Assembly (NCBI GenBank): GCA_020852535.1
Contig: JADZAO010000109.1
Coordinates: 1 to 42,363, forward strand
Reading direction: 5' to 3'
DNA length: 42,363 nt
Source: Paracoccaceae bacterium
Lineage (GTDB): Bacteria > Pseudomonadota > Alphaproteobacteria > Rhodobacterales > Rhodobacteraceae
Made by a program: the position numbers and the translations under genes. Below the pieces are notes generated by a model. The model worked only from the letters and a program-made list of their open reading frames with translations. It was not told where the DNA came from and made no database searches. Position 1 is the first letter of the stretch; each line of letters begins with the position of its first letter. This document shows positions 1 to 15,426 of this stretch, in pieces.

Positions 1-707
1 CCCCAGCCAAGCTCGTAATAGGCCCACCACGAACCGAGGGCTATGCCGATAGTCAGAAAAACCCACGAAATCAGCGTCCACGGGCGAACCCAGCGCGCCC
101 ATGCAGCATCGACACGGCCTTCTATCAGTGCAGCAACGGCAAAGCTGAACGGCATCGAAAGCCCAACATAGCCAAGATAAAGAAAAGGCGGATGAAAAGC
201 GAGACCCGGGTCTTGTAAGAGCGGGTTCATATCCTGCCCGTTCAGGGGAGGAATCTCCAGTCGCAGGAAGGGGTTGGAAGTAAGAAGCATAAACAACAAG
301 AAAGCCACAGCAATCATAGCCTGCACCGAAAGGACGCGGGCCTTGAGCTGCGGCGGAAGAGCGTCGCCAAACCAAACGCAACAAGCGCCGTAAAGCGCGA
401 GGATGAGCACCCAGAGCAGTAACGAGCCTTCGTGATTGCCCCATACACCCGAGATTTTGTAAAGCATCGGCTTGAGCGTATGGGAGTTCTCAACCACCAC
501 CTTCAACGAGAAATCCGAGGAAACAAAGGCCCAAGTGAGAACACCAAAAGAAAAAGCCACAAGCAGTAATTGCGCGATAGCGGCGGGAACGGCAATCGCC
601 ATCCATGCCGCATCGCGCCGCTGTGAGCCAATCAGTGGAACCACCGATTGCACTACGGCAACCGCGAGAGCGAGAACGAGTGCAAAATGACCGAGTTCAA
701 TAAGCAT
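1..707 (-). CDS. ccmF: Cytochrome c biogenesis heme lyase CcmF, 5' part (runs off the window's left edge)
   Basis: Read manually because it is absent from the ORF track. The reverse strand from ATG 707 gives MLIELGHFALVLALAV..., then WGNHEGSLLLW, NPLLQDPGLAFHPPFLYLGYVG and LGSWWAYYELGW, which are CcmF signature motifs. Confidence 0.95.
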   Translation of the reverse strand, partial: MLIELGHFALVLALAVAVVQSVVPLIGSQRRDAAWMAIAVPAAIAQLLLVAFSFGVLTWAFVSSDFSLKVVVENSHTLKPMLYKISGVWGNHEGSLLLWVLILALYGACCVWFGDALPPQLKARVLSVQAMIAVAFLLFMLLTSNPFLRLEIPPLNGQDMNPLLQDPGLAFHPPFLYLGYVGLSMPFSFAVAALIEGRVDAAWARWVRPWTLISWVFLTIGIALGSWWAYYELGW

Positions 708-1513
708 CTACAGACCTTTGGTGGTTTAGCCACAGTTTAAGCGTAAATGCGGGGCTATTCCATGCCCCTTCGACCCAGCAGCGCCGATCTAACGAAAGGG
801 TGCAGAACCTTGCCAGCCGGAAATGCGGCCTGTCCTCCCCAACTATTTTGAAGATATTTATCTGCACGCTACAAGCTGCAAGAAGAGCATGATCTTGACC
901 TGTTGGAATATAACACAGCCATCACCAATATGCGCGCAATCGACGAACGAAAACAGACAACACGGTTAGTGGCAAACCTTGCCGCTTACTTGATCTGATA
1001 CGAAGTGTTTGACCCTCTGACGCAGACCTAAGCAGAAATAATCTAGGAAGGCTTCTCGCTTCATGAAAAGAGTGTCTTTTATTAGCAGAATATCTTGCCT
1101 GTCCTACTACAGACGGCATTCCCCGACCACGTTGTACCAGTCTCTCGGTAGGATCAATTTTGCATGCATGAAGAGAAACAAATAGGGCGAATCTTAGATC
1201 TTTTTCTATTAAAATTCGATGAAGCGGTTAAGAATGTCACAAAAGTAGTAAAGTTCGACTGTCGTCAGATCATAACTTTTGAGCATCTTTTCAATGTCAG
1301 TGTGCAAACGGATTTTCACGGGTTACCCTATTATTGACCTGTCCGTGGAAAAACAGTGACTCATTATTTTTATTTATAAAATAAAACAATGGGTTGTCTC
1401 TGAGAAGAGACAGAGGTCAAAGCTAGAGCCAGCCAACCATTGCGCGCCATATCCACGATGGTGTAATATCCACCCAACCATATCTTGATCCTTTACAGGA
1501 AGGCCCGGCCTCC

Positions 1514-4240
1514 GTGACCGATACGCCAGAACACCCTGAAAATACAGAGTATTCTGTATCTAAACCCATATGGACCGGCCAGCAGCGGTCGATTACCGAT
1601 GAAATGAAGACGGCCTATCTCGATTATGCGATGAGCGTGATCGTAAGCCGTGCGATTCCCGATCTGCGAGACGGGTTAAAACCGGTGCACCGACGCATCC
1701 TCTTTGCTATGCATGGATCGGGCAACAACCACGAAAAGCCCTATCGAAAATCGGCTCGTCCGGTAGGTGATACGATGGGGAAATACCACCCGCATGGCGA
1801 TAGCGCGATCTATGACGCGCTGGTTCGGATGGCGCAACCCTTCTCAATGTCGCTCAAGCTTCTGGACGGTCAGGGCAATTTTGGCTCGATGGATGGCGAT
1901 AACGCGGCAGCGATGCGCTATACCGAAGTACGAATGGACAAACCTGCTGTCTTCCTTTTGGCAGATATCGACAAGGAAACGGTCGATTTCCAAGACAACT
2001 ATGACGGCAAAGATCGTGAGCCAACGGTCCTACCCGCCCGTTTCCCGAACATGCTGGTAAATGGCGCAGGCGGTATTGCCGTCGGAATGGCCACAAATAT
2101 CCCACCGCATAACCTTGGAGAGGTGATCGACGGTACGCTGGCAATGATCGAGAACCCCGATATCTCGACCGAAGCGCTAATGGAAATCATCCCTGCACCT
2201 GACTTCCCAACGGGGGGCGTCATTCTGGGTCGGTCAGGAGCACGAAAAGCCTATCTCGAAGGGCGGGGATCAGTTGTAATCCGCGCCAAAACACGAGTCG
2301 AGGAAATCCGCAAAGACCGTTTGGCCATTATCATCGACGAAATTCCCTATCAGGTGAACAAAGCGGCGATGATCGAAAAGATCGCCGAAATGGTGCGCGA
2401 GAAGCGGATCGAAGGCATTTCTCATGTACAAGACGAATCTGACCGAATCGGCGTGCGCGTGGTCATCGAACTCAAGCGTGATGCAACGGCGGATGTGGTG
2501 CTGAACCAACTTTACCGTTTTACCACCATGCAAGTCAGCTTCAGCTGCAACATGCTAGCGCTGAACGGCGGTCGCCCTGAACAACTTACTTTGCACGATT
2601 TTCTGAACTATTTCATAAAGTTCAGGGAACAAGTTGTGGCACGGCGCACAGTGTTCGAATTGCGCAAGGCCCGCGAGCGGAGCCACGTTCTATGCGGTCT
2701 GGCTGTGGCAGTATCAAATGTGGACGAGGTAGTACGGACCATCCGCGCCAGTGCCGATGCAGCCGAAGCACGCGAAAAGCTGATGATACGGCGCTGGCCC
2801 GCACAGGAAATCGCCGATTACATCAAGCTAATCGACGATCCAAGTCATACAATCAACGAAGACAACACCTATAACCTATCAGAAGCCCAAGCTCGCGCTA
2901 TCCTCGAATTGCGCCTACAACGCCTTACAGCGATGGGTGTAAAAGAGGTGACAGACGAGCTGGCCGAACTGGCCACGAAGATCCGCGATTACCTCGATAT
3001 ACTCGGCAGCCGCGAGCGGATAATGGCGATCATCTCCGACGAACTGCGCGAAGTAAAAGCCGCCTTTGCCGTACCCCGCCGAACCGAAATCCAAGACTGG
3101 GCCGGCGATATGGACGACGAGGACCTAATCGAGCGCGAAGATATGGTCGTTACCATTACCTCGGGTGGTTACATTAAGCGCACTCCACTGGCCGAATTCC
3201 GCAGCCAGAACCGTGGCGGCAAAGGCCTTTCGTCGATGGCGACGAAAGAGGATGATGTGGTCACCACACTTTTCGTGGCGAACACACACACACATCTTTT
3301 ATTCTTCACGACCGATGGCATAATCTACAAGATGAAAACATGGCGCTTACCGCTGGCGGGGCGTACCGCCAAGGGTAAAGCTATCGTAAATATTCTGCCT
3401 ATTACGCAAGGTGTTTCGATTGCCGCACTGATGCCAGTCGATGTGCCAGAGGCGGAATGGGACAAGTTGCAGATCGTTTTTGCCACCAGTGCCGGCGATG
3501 TGCGTCAAAACGACCTCTCGGATTTCACCAATGTCATGCGCAATGGCAAGATCGCAATGAAGCTGCCCGAGGGCGTGTCCCTTGTGAATGCGGCAATTGC
3601 CGATAATCAAGACGATGTAATGCTAGTCACAGCGAGCGGACGAGCGATCCGCTTTCCGACCACCGATATACGCGTGTTCAAATCGCGCGGATCGACCGGT
3701 GTTCGCGGTATCCGTCTCGGGGCCAACGACAAGGTCGTATCAATGGCGATTATCCGCCATTTCGAAGCAACACCGGAAGAGCGAGAGGTCTATCTCAAAC
3801 AACGCCGACTAATGGCCGGTGCACTTGACGATGATGCCGAGGCAGATGACGACGTAGAGCCCGTCGCAGTGGCATCAGGTAGACAGCTTTCGACCGAACG
3901 CTATGCTGAAATGTCAGCGGCGGAAGACCTCATCCTGACAATCACTGCACAAGGTGCAGGCAAACTCTCGTCAAGCCATGATTATCCCGTACGTGGTCGT
4001 GGGGGTATGGGCGTAAAAGCGATGGACGGAGCAATGCGCGGTGGCAAACTGGTGGCTTCGTTCCCTGTCAAAACCTCGGACCAGATCATGCTTGCTACCT
4101 CGACTGGGCAATCTATCCGAGTTCCGGTTGATCAAATCAGTTTCCGTTCGCGCACGGCAGGCGGTGTGAAAGTCTTTACGGTGGCCGCGGACGAACAAGT
4201 CGTATCGGTTGCGCGGGTGGCCGAACAGGGCGATGAATGA
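1514..4240 (+). CDS. gyrA: DNA gyrase subunit A
   Basis: [27 protein letters not shown] (catalytic Tyr). The GyrA-box QNRGGKG distinguishes it from ParC. Confidence 0.98.
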   Translation: MTDTPEHPENTEYSVSKPIWTGQQRSITDEMKTAYLDYAMSVIVSRAIPDLRDGLKPVHRRILFAMHGSGNNHEKPYRKSARPVGDTMGKYHPHGDSAIYDALVRMAQPFSMSLKLLDGQGNFGSMDGDNAAAMRYTEVRMDKPAVFLLADIDKETVDFQDNYDGKDREPTVLPARFPNMLVNGAGGIAVGMATNIPPHNLGEVIDGTLAMIENPDISTEALMEIIPAPDFPTGGVILGRSGARKAYLEGRGSVVIRAKTRVEEIRKDRLAIIIDEIPYQVNKAAMIEKIAEMVREKRIEGISHVQDESDRIGVRVVIELKRDATADVVLNQLYRFTTMQVSFSCNMLALNGGRPEQLTLHDFLNYFIKFREQVVARRTVFELRKARERSHVLCGLAVAVSNVDEVVRTIRASADAAEAREKLMIRRWPAQEIADYIKLIDDPSHTINEDNTYNLSEAQARAILELRLQRLTAMGVKEVTDELAELATKIRDYLDILGSRERIMAIISDELREVKAAFAVPRRTEIQDWAGDMDDEDLIEREDMVVTITSGGYIKRTPLAEFRSQNRGGKGLSSMATKEDDVVTTLFVANTHTHLLFFTTDGIIYKMKTWRLPLAGRTAKGKAIVNILPITQGVSIAALMPVDVPEAEWDKLQIVFATSAGDVRQNDLSDFTNVMRNGKIAMKLPEGVSLVNAAIADNQDDVMLVTASGRAIRFPTTDIRVFKSRGSTGVRGIRLGANDKVVSMAIIRHFEATPEEREVYLKQRRLMAGALDDDAEADDDVEPVAVASGRQLSTERYAEMSAAEDLILTITAQGAGKLSSSHDYPVRGRGGMGVKAMDGAMRGGKLVASFPVKTSDQIMLATSTGQSIRVPVDQISFRSRTAGGVKVFTVAADEQVVSVARVAEQGDE

Positions 4241-4547
4241 TTTTACGGTAGATTTAGCAAGCAGGCTTACCCGTCTGGCGGCCACTGGCAAAACCATTAG
4301 TTACGGAGCACTTGCAGCGGAATTTGGAGTCAGGGTTAACACCCTGACCAAAGCACTAGAAATCCTAATGGAAGAAGAAAACGCCCGAGGGGAGCCCCTG
4401 CGGGCGGTCCTTTGTTTCGGACGGCTAACGGATGGCCTGCCTGCGCGAGGATTTTACGAAAAGGCGACGGCGCTAGGATATGTAGTTGATAATGCAGACA
4501 CCTTTGCCTCTATCATGCGCAAGCAATTATTTTTAAAAGCTCGTTAA
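4233..4547 (+). CDS. Hypothetical protein (104 aa), possible helix-turn-helix/winged-helix fold
   Basis: ATG 4233 overlaps the gyrA 3' end. [12 protein letters not shown] resembles an HTH start; LPARGFY near the C-terminus. Confidence 0.65.
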   Translation: MNDFTVDLASRLTRLAATGKTISYGALAAEFGVRVNTLTKALEILMEEENARGEPLRAVLCFGRLTDGLPARGFYEKATALGYVVDNADTFASIMRKQLFLKAR

Positions 4548-4548
4548 C
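4533..4548 (+). promoter_or_regulatory. Perfect CtrA-binding consensus TTAA-N7-TTAAC
   Basis: TTAA AAGCTCG TTAAC, followed by AAGGAG (4583-4588) and ATG (4591). Confidence 0.5.
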
Positions 4549-4684
4549 CGTGTGCTGATGCACAATCTGATTTTCTACCGTTAAGGAGAAATGGTGCGAG
4601 CAAATACGCGCTCAACAAGTAATCGTCAGCGCAGAGTGCCCACGAACCCTTTCCTGTTTGCGGGAAGCAGAATAAATCTGGCAC

Positions 4685-6019
4685 ATGAGTAAGAGATTAC
4701 ACATCATCGGCGGCGGAATGGCCGGATCGGAAGCGGCTTGGCAGGCGGCACAGATGGGCGTGCCAGTAGTACTGCACGAAATGCGCCCCACCGTCGGTAC
4801 CTTTGCGCACCAGACGGGTCATTTTGCGGAAATGGTCTGTTCTAATTCCTTTAGGTCGGACGATGACGAACGCAATGCAGTCGGCCTGCTGCACTGGGAA
4901 ATGGGGGCGGCTAACGGACTGATCATGGAGATGGCGCGAGCGCATAGGTTGCCTGCAGGCGGTGCGCTCGCCGTGGATCGCACCGCCTTTGCTGAGGCAA
5001 TAACGGCGCGGCTAATGGAACATCCACTAATTGCTGCGGAATATGACGAGATCACTTTGCTACCCACCGAAGGAAACTGGATCGTCGCAACAGGACCGCT
5101 GACCAGCGATGCGTTGGCGCAAAGCGTCAAGGCCGAGACCGGGACAGACAACCTCTCTTTCTTCGATGCCATAGCCCCCATCGTCTATACGGAATCGGTG
5201 GATATGTCAGTCGCATGGATGCAATCACGCTATGACAAGGGTGAGACAGAAGCAGAGCAGACCGCCTATATAAACTGCCCGATGGATCGCGACCAGTATT
5301 ACGCTTTTATCGCCGCGCTGCTGGCTGCCGACAAAACAGAATTTCACGAAGACGAAACTGCGGAGTATTTCAACGGCTGCTTGCCGATCGAAGTTATGGC
5401 TGAACGTGGACCTGAAACACTACGTTTTGGACCCATGAAGCCCGTGGGACTAACCAACCCACACACGGGGGTGAAGCCCTATGCCGTAGTACAGCTGCGC
5501 CGAGACAACAAGCTTGGCACGCTCTATAATATAGTGGGGTTCCAAACCAAGATGAAATATGGCGCACAAGTCTCTGTTTTTAAAATGATTCCAGGCCTGA
5601 ACGAAGCGTCATTCGCACGGCTTGGGGGCATCCATCGCAATACCTTCATCAATTCTCCAAGGCTGTTAGATGCGCAGATGCGGCTAAAATCGCGGCCAAA
5701 CATCCGCTTTGCAGGGCAAGTGACGGGCGTAGAAGGCTATGTCGAGAGTGCCGCTATGGGACTTTTAGCGGGGCGCATGGCAGCTGCCGAAATATTGGGA
5801 CACCAGATACCACCGCCGCCACCCGAAACAGCGATGGGCGCATTAATCACGCATATAACCGGTGGGGCCGAGGCCAAAACATTCCAGCCAATGAACGTCA
5901 ACTTCGGCCTCTTCCCGCCGATTAATGCCAAGAGCGGGCGCAAAGGACGCAAGGACCGCTACAAGGCCTATACCGATCGCGCCAAAGAAAGCTTTGTAGC
6001 ATGGCTGGCCACTATGTAA
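4685..6019 (+). CDS. trmFO: Folate/FAD-dependent tRNA (uracil-5)-methyltransferase TrmFO
   Basis: [17 protein letters not shown] motif, [39 protein letters not shown]. Confidence 0.97.
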   Translation: MSKRLHIIGGGMAGSEAAWQAAQMGVPVVLHEMRPTVGTFAHQTGHFAEMVCSNSFRSDDDERNAVGLLHWEMGAANGLIMEMARAHRLPAGGALAVDRTAFAEAITARLMEHPLIAAEYDEITLLPTEGNWIVATGPLTSDALAQSVKAETGTDNLSFFDAIAPIVYTESVDMSVAWMQSRYDKGETEAEQTAYINCPMDRDQYYAFIAALLAADKTEFHEDETAEYFNGCLPIEVMAERGPETLRFGPMKPVGLTNPHTGVKPYAVVQLRRDNKLGTLYNIVGFQTKMKYGAQVSVFKMIPGLNEASFARLGGIHRNTFINSPRLLDAQMRLKSRPNIRFAGQVTGVEGYVESAAMGLLAGRMAAAEILGHQIPPPPPETAMGALITHITGGAEAKTFQPMNVNFGLFPPINAKSGRKGRKDRYKAYTDRAKESFVAWLATM

Positions 6020-6849
6020 CGCGCTTTGCACCCTCGCCCACCGGTCCTTTGCACCTAGGGCATGCATTTTCGGCGTTGACAGCATGGAGGCGAGCGTTAG
6101 CAGCAGGTGGCATGATGCTGCTGCGGATTGAGGATATAGACACCGCAAGGTCAAATCTCGAATGGGAAGCGGCAATCTATGACGATATGGCATGGCTAGG
6201 AGTGAACTATCCACGCCCCGTGATGCGACAATCGGAGCGGTTGCAAAACTATCGTGCTGCTTTGACGCGACTTGACAGCCTAGGGGTAATTTACCCCTGC
6301 AGCTGTTCGCGGGGCCACATCCGTTCGACGCTATCAGCCCCTCAGGAAGGCGCTTGGGAAACCGGGAACGGAATCGTCTATCCGGGAACATGTCGCGGTC
6401 GAGCCATGAGTAGCGAGGGCAAAGCCGATGCGATCCGGCTAGATACGGGCCGTGCGATGGAACTAACGGGCAGACTGGCTTTCACCGAAACCGCACCCAA
6501 AATGGCAGGTGTATATAATTTCGATGCGACGTTCATGCGAAACCGTGTGGGAGACGTAGTGCTGGCACGGCGCGATTTAGGCACATCATATCACCTATCG
6601 GTTGTGATCGACGACGCGGAACAGAATGTAACCGAAGTAGTACGAGGAGAAGACATCTTCGACGCCACGCCGATCCATCTACTTTTGCAACGCCTGCTGG
6701 GCCTGCCCACCCCCGTCTATTACCACCACCCTCTAATCCGTGACGAGGCAGGCAAAAGGTTGGCCAAGCGCGACAATGCACGAGCTTTGGCAAAATATCG
6801 AGCCGAGGGGGCTACGCCCGCTGACATCTATCGGATGGTAGGTTTGTAA
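6001..6849 (+). CDS. gluQ: Glutamyl-Q tRNA(Asp) synthetase
   Basis: [14 protein letters not shown] (HIGH), YPCSCSR, RGED, KRLAKR (KMSKS-like). At 282 aa it lacks the anticodon-binding domain. Confidence 0.92.
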   Translation: MAGHYVTRFAPSPTGPLHLGHAFSALTAWRRALAAGGMMLLRIEDIDTARSNLEWEAAIYDDMAWLGVNYPRPVMRQSERLQNYRAALTRLDSLGVIYPCSCSRGHIRSTLSAPQEGAWETGNGIVYPGTCRGRAMSSEGKADAIRLDTGRAMELTGRLAFTETAPKMAGVYNFDATFMRNRVGDVVLARRDLGTSYHLSVVIDDAEQNVTEVVRGEDIFDATPIHLLLQRLLGLPTPVYYHHPLIRDEAGKRLAKRDNARALAKYRAEGATPADIYRMVGL

Positions 6850-6948
6850 GTTTTTCCAAAGAAGAGCTTCTATGCTTCTAGGATAACAGCAGATATTCAC
6901 TTGTGCGAGGATAAGAGACAAGCCGGAATTAATGCAGCTTATGCAAAA

Positions 6949-7308
6949 TCAAGCGACTGGCTTTGACAGGATGGTTTCTCCCGAATCATTAATCAGCGTA
7001 TAAAAACACGAAGTATGGTTAGTATGACAAGCAGGACCGGTTTGAGCGACGATAGCAAGCAGGGAGTCGCGGTCGCAATCGATACGCAATTCTAAAAGCA
7101 TTTGCACGTGACCCGAAGTTTCTCCCTTGATCCAAAAAGCCTGGCGCGAGCGGGACCAATATGTAACGCGGCCGCTGACGAGGGTTTGCGCCACGGCATC
7201 AGCATTCATCCATGCAAGCATGAGAACCTCGCCCGTAGCATGGTCCTGCGTGATACAAGGGATAAGGCCGTTGGCATCATATTTCAGCGTACTCGCATCA
7301 AAGGGCAT
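6949..7308 (-). CDS. hisI: Phosphoribosyl-AMP cyclohydrolase
   Basis: YWSRSR, WIKGETSG, DCDRD, ACHT motifs; GGAG RBS. Confidence 0.96.
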   Translation of the reverse strand: MPFDASTLKYDANGLIPCITQDHATGEVLMLAWMNADAVAQTLVSGRVTYWSRSRQAFWIKGETSGHVQMLLELRIDCDRDSLLAIVAQTGPACHTNHTSCFYTLINDSGETILSKPVA

Positions 7309-7374
7309 CGGCCTTCTCCTTGGCAGGGCAATGAGTGCGGTCTATCTACGGTGCATAACACGAAAGAGGAAGTC

Positions 7375-7824
7375 ATGCCGGATAGCGATCTAGTGAAGCT
7401 TTACTCGGACCGCATTCTGGCGCTAGCGGCAGATATTCCGCATATGAAGCGGCTAACCGCGCCGGATGGCACCGCAAAAAAACGTTCCCATCTTTGCGGA
7501 TCGACGGTAACAGTGGATGTAATGCTGGCTGACGGGCAAGTTTCGGACTTCGGTCAGGACGTTAAAGCATGTGCCTTAGGTCAGGCTGCTGCTGCTGTGG
7601 TAGGTGCGGCAGTCATTGGGCGGACACGGGACGAGATAGTGCAGGCACGTGACCAGTTGGTCGCCATGCTCAAAGCGGGCGGCCCTGTCCCGGATCCGCC
7701 CTTTGATAAACTAAAAGTGCTGCTTCCAGCGCGGGAATATGCCAATCGTCACGCCTCAATCCTGCTGGCGCTGGAAGCTACAATCGACGCAATGGACGTG
7801 GCCTCGGCGCGACAGAATGCATAA
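7375..7824 (+). CDS. Iron-sulfur cluster scaffold, IscU/NifU N-terminal family
   Basis: Start reassigned to ATG 7375 (RBS GAGG upstream). Motifs SHLCGSTV, KACALGQA, RHAS. Confidence 0.88.
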   Translation: MPDSDLVKLYSDRILALAADIPHMKRLTAPDGTAKKRSHLCGSTVTVDVMLADGQVSDFGQDVKACALGQAAAAVVGAAVIGRTRDEIVQARDQLVAMLKAGGPVPDPPFDKLKVLLPAREYANRHASILLALEATIDAMDVASARQNA

Positions 7825-7855
7825 AAAACCGCCGCACGTCAGATGACGGCGGCGG
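7823..7855 (-). terminator. Rho-independent terminator for the minus-strand small ORF transcript
   Basis: GC-rich hairpin CCGCCGCACGTCAGATGACGGCGGCGG preceded by A6 on the + strand (U6 on the - strand). Confidence 0.75.
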
Positions 7856-7958
7856 CAAGTCGCAGATCTTTTCGATTCAAGACTTTTAGGACCCTGTGGC
7901 GTCAATTTGGGACCAACACGAACCCGATCGTAAAGACCGCAGGCAGAAAGCGAATGAC

Positions 7959-8081
7959 TCAAGCGGCGCCAGAAATGACAAGAGCGGCAATCAACAATGA
8001 AAACAGCGCGATCATGCCAATAGCATCTTCAATCAATGTGTTGCGAGAACGGACAACAACTTCCTTGAGTTCTGTAAACAT
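7959..8081 (-). CDS. Small (40 aa) single-pass membrane protein, probably SOS-regulated
   Basis: MFTELKEVVVRSRNTLIEDAIGMIALFSLLIAALVISGAA*; GGAGG RBS 6 nt upstream; own terminator. Too short for the ORF track. Confidence 0.75.
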   Translation of the reverse strand: MFTELKEVVVRSRNTLIEDAIGMIALFSLLIAALVISGAA

Positions 8082-8139
8082 TGGATACCTCCGTTAATGT
8101 TGTTGCTAATTTGTTCTCATACTTCCTTAGACCTGTCAA

Positions 8140-8164
8140 GAACTTTCCGCGAACATATGGGAAC
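8140..8164 (-). promoter_or_regulatory. Alphaproteobacterial LexA (SOS) box
   Basis: GAAC TTTCCGC GAAC (8140-8154) reads GTTC-N7-GTTC on the - strand. A third GAAC lies at 8161-8164. The box is about 60 nt upstream of the small ORF. Confidence 0.65.
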
Positions 8165-8295
8165 AAAATAAAAACAAGCAAGCTTCTAAGGGTTTTACAA
8201 GACGCGCCCCGTGCCGTTATCACAGACGGCTATCTGCAACCAAATTGTTCACGAGCTAGGCCCATTCTCCGAAGAAAATAAAGCCCTCTTCCCTT

Positions 8296-12650
<4,355 letters not shown>

Positions 12651-13050
12651 TTAAGGGGCGACCAGAGCCGCGTCCAGAGCAGAGAGCACGTTCGGTTTAC
12701 GACAGCACACAGCGCAGAACCATTTCGATATAATTCTCGCCATCTATGACTTAGGAGAGTTTCTTGAGAGATTTTTAGATAAACACGTCAATGATCTTCA
12801 CAGTTCAAGTTTATCTATACCTTCATAATCTGTAGGGTCGACTGCTGGTAATCACAGCTTCACCGGCAATAGCCGCCTACTACAGAACTAGAACGTTTTG
12901 ATATACGATGAGTATTTCCCACTAAATCGAAAAAAGATCATTATGCAAATCCCTTATAAGACACGGAATTACAAAACGAGGCTGCAGGACTTGTAGAAAA
13001 AACGGCTTTTGCCTATTTGTATTGCCTTACTCATGACCGGATCATGCACC

Positions 13051-14187
13051 ATGCTTGACCAACCGCTAAACTCGCTCGGCTTGCCAAAACCACCGTCCGA
13101 GACGCGGGTCGTCGTTGCCATGTCGGGTGGCGTCGATTCTTCGGTAGCAGCTGCAGTTCTGAAGGACGAAGGTTATGACGTGGTCGGCGTCACCTTGCAA
13201 CTTTACGATCACGGCGCCTCGCTGGCAAAAAAGAACGCATGCTGTGCAGGGCGCGACATCCACGATGCGCGACGCGTAGCCGAAACAATGGGCTTTCCAC
13301 ATTACGTACTAGATTATGAAAATACTTTTCGCGAGGCAGTGATAGAGGAATTTGCCGATACCTATCTGGCTGGAGCAACGCCCGTACCCTGCATCCGTTG
13401 TAATGAGCAGATAAAGTTCAAGGACCTCTTAGCCACCGCCAAGGAACTAGATGCAGATTGCATGGCGACGGGACATTATATCCAGCGCAAGATGGGACTT
13501 GCCGGGCCGGAGTTGCATATGGCGGCAGACGCAAACCGCGACCAGAGCTATTTCTTGTTCTCAACTAAGCCCGAACAACTAACTTATCTGCGCTTTCCAC
13601 TAGGCCATCTGGCATCCAAAGCCGAGACACGGGCACTGGCACTGCACTACGGGCTACCAACGTCTGACAAACCTGACAGCCAAGATATCTGCTTCGTGCC
13701 TAATGGCGACTATGCTTCTGTGATCGAAAAGCTGCGCCCTGGGGCAGCCGATTCTGGCGAAATCGTCGATCTAGACGGAAATGTGTTGGGTAAACATCAC
13801 GGCGTAATTCATTATACAATCGGACAACGAAAAGGGCTGAGCATCGGTGGGCTTGGCAATCCGGTATATGTAGTACGGCTGGACCCTGCATCGCGTCGTG
13901 TCGTCGTGGGGCCAAAAGAGGCACTAGCAACGCGGGTCATTCCGGTACGCGAGATCAACTGGCTGGGCAATGCGCAATTTGATACACAGGCCGAATGGCA
14001 CATGCAGGTCAAGGTGCGCTCAACTCGTGCGCCACGTCCAGCGGTAATACGACCCCTCTCGGCAACAGAGGCGGAGGTTGAATTACTCGACCCTGAAGAC
14101 GGAGTTTCGGCAGGTCAGGCCTGCGTTTTTTATGCATCCGAGGGAAGCCGTATCTTCGGCGGCGGCTGGATCTGGCACGGACGCTAG
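13051..14187 (+). CDS. mnmA: tRNA 2-thiouridylase MnmA
   Basis: [41 protein letters not shown]. Confidence 0.97.
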   Translation: MLDQPLNSLGLPKPPSETRVVVAMSGGVDSSVAAAVLKDEGYDVVGVTLQLYDHGASLAKKNACCAGRDIHDARRVAETMGFPHYVLDYENTFREAVIEEFADTYLAGATPVPCIRCNEQIKFKDLLATAKELDADCMATGHYIQRKMGLAGPELHMAADANRDQSYFLFSTKPEQLTYLRFPLGHLASKAETRALALHYGLPTSDKPDSQDICFVPNGDYASVIEKLRPGAADSGEIVDLDGNVLGKHHGVIHYTIGQRKGLSIGGLGNPVYVVRLDPASRRVVVGPKEALATRVIPVREINWLGNAQFDTQAEWHMQVKVRSTRAPRPAVIRPLSATEAEVELLDPEDGVSAGQACVFYASEGSRIFGGGWIWHGR

Positions 14188-14310
14188 CAAAGAGACGATT
14201 TTTCTACAAAAATCGGACATGCCAATCGTGACAGTAAACCTTTAACTAAAGACTGCGCGGGAGGCTACACGCCCCAGCACAATTATAAGATATTTATCGG
14301 CAGAAAATGA

Positions 14311-15426
14311 TCAAAGATGGGTGAGAACCGAGCGGGCGGCGCGTAGGCCCGGAGGTTCGCCGCCTTTGCCGAGGCGCTGCATGGTAATCTGCATCGCTTG
14401 ACGATGAGTTTCAGAATTTGAAAGTAGGCCAAGGACAGCAGGGACGATACGATCGGAAGTAGCATCAGGACCAATGAATTCAGGAATGGTACGAGTTTCC
14501 GACACGAGATTAACCAGCGTCACCGTTTCGATCAGCGCGACACGACGCATGAGCCAAAGAGTAAGCGGATTCATATCATAAACGACAACCATCGGACAGT
14601 CATTTGCTGCGAGTTCCAGAGATACGGTACCCGAGGCTGCAATAGCGACATCGGCAGCAGCGAAGGCTCCGCGTTTACGGGCGGGATCGGTGATGATATC
14701 CGGCTTGACTGGCCATTGAGCCGTGAGACTGCGGACGAGCGGCTCGATATTGGAAACCGTGGGGAGTGCTAATCGCAAGTCGGGATGCTGCGCTTTCAGA
14801 CGAGAAAGAGTTTGGCCAAGGATCGGTACAAGGCGCGTTACTTCGACCTTGCGCGATCCGGGCAGAGCCAAAAGCAGCGGACCTTTACCTGTGAAGACGG
14901 CGCGTTCTTCGGGAGTTGCGAGGGGGTCAGAAACCACAGGATGGCCAACAAAATCGCACGTCATACCTGCAGCCTGCATATAAGGCGGCTCGAAAGGAAG
15001 AAGCGCCAGCACATGGTCGATGTAGCGGGCCATTTTTACGGCACGATCGGGTCGCCATGCCCAGACCGAAGGGGCAACATAATGAATGGTTCGGATGGTT
15101 GGGCGGGCGGCTTTAACGAGGGCTGCGACGCGCAAGCCAAAATCTGGACTGTCGATAGTAATCAGCGCATCGGGGTTAGCGTCAATTACAGCTTCAGCCG
15201 TTTGGCGAATGCGGCGTTTGAGATGGAGATATTTGGGCAGAATCTCAACCAATCCCATGATAGAGAGTTCGTCCATTGGAAACAGGCTTTCCATGCCTGC
15301 GGCCAGCATTTCGGACCCGGCAATTCCCATAAAACGGCTAGTAGGTTCGAGCTGCAGCAGACTACGCATCAAAGCCGCGCCAAGGCGATCTCCCGAAGGC
15401 TCTCCAGCCACGAGGAAAAAGGTCAA
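14311..15426 (-). CDS. lpxB: Lipid-A-disaccharide synthase
   Basis: VAGEPSGD, IDSPDF, YVAPSVWAW, LPGSR, ASGTVSLE. TTG start overlaps the lpxI stop. Confidence 0.95.
   Translation of the reverse strand: MTFFLVAGEPSGDRLGAALMRSLLQLEPTSRFMGIAGSEMLAAGMESLFPMDELSIMGLVEILPKYLHLKRRIRQTAEAVIDANPDALITIDSPDFGLRVAALVKAARPTIRTIHYVAPSVWAWRPDRAVKMARYIDHVLALLPFEPPYMQAAGMTCDFVGHPVVSDPLATPEERAVFTGKGPLLLALPGSRKVEVTRLVPILGQTLSRLKAQHPDLRLALPTVSNIEPLVRSLTAQWPVKPDIITDPARKRGAFAAADVAIAASGTVSLELAANDCPMVVVYDMNPLTLWLMRRVALIETVTLVNLVSETRTIPEFIGPDATSDRIVPAVLGLLSNSETHRQAMQITMQRLGKGGEPPGLRAARSVLTHL

Noticed and set aside
472-690. 72-aa plus-strand ORF, and the many other short ORFs nested in or antisense to long genes
   Set aside because: Shadow frames of ccmF and other well-supported genes, with no motifs.
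7102-7374. N-terminal extension of the 240-aa ORF
   Set aside because: Antisense to hisI; similarity and the RBS begin at ATG 7375.
12795-12850. Minus-strand peptide DPTDYEGIDKL, reminiscent of CtrA (DPT, EGID)
   Set aside because: Too short, wrongly spaced and bounded by stops; not usable as evidence of a ctrA remnant.
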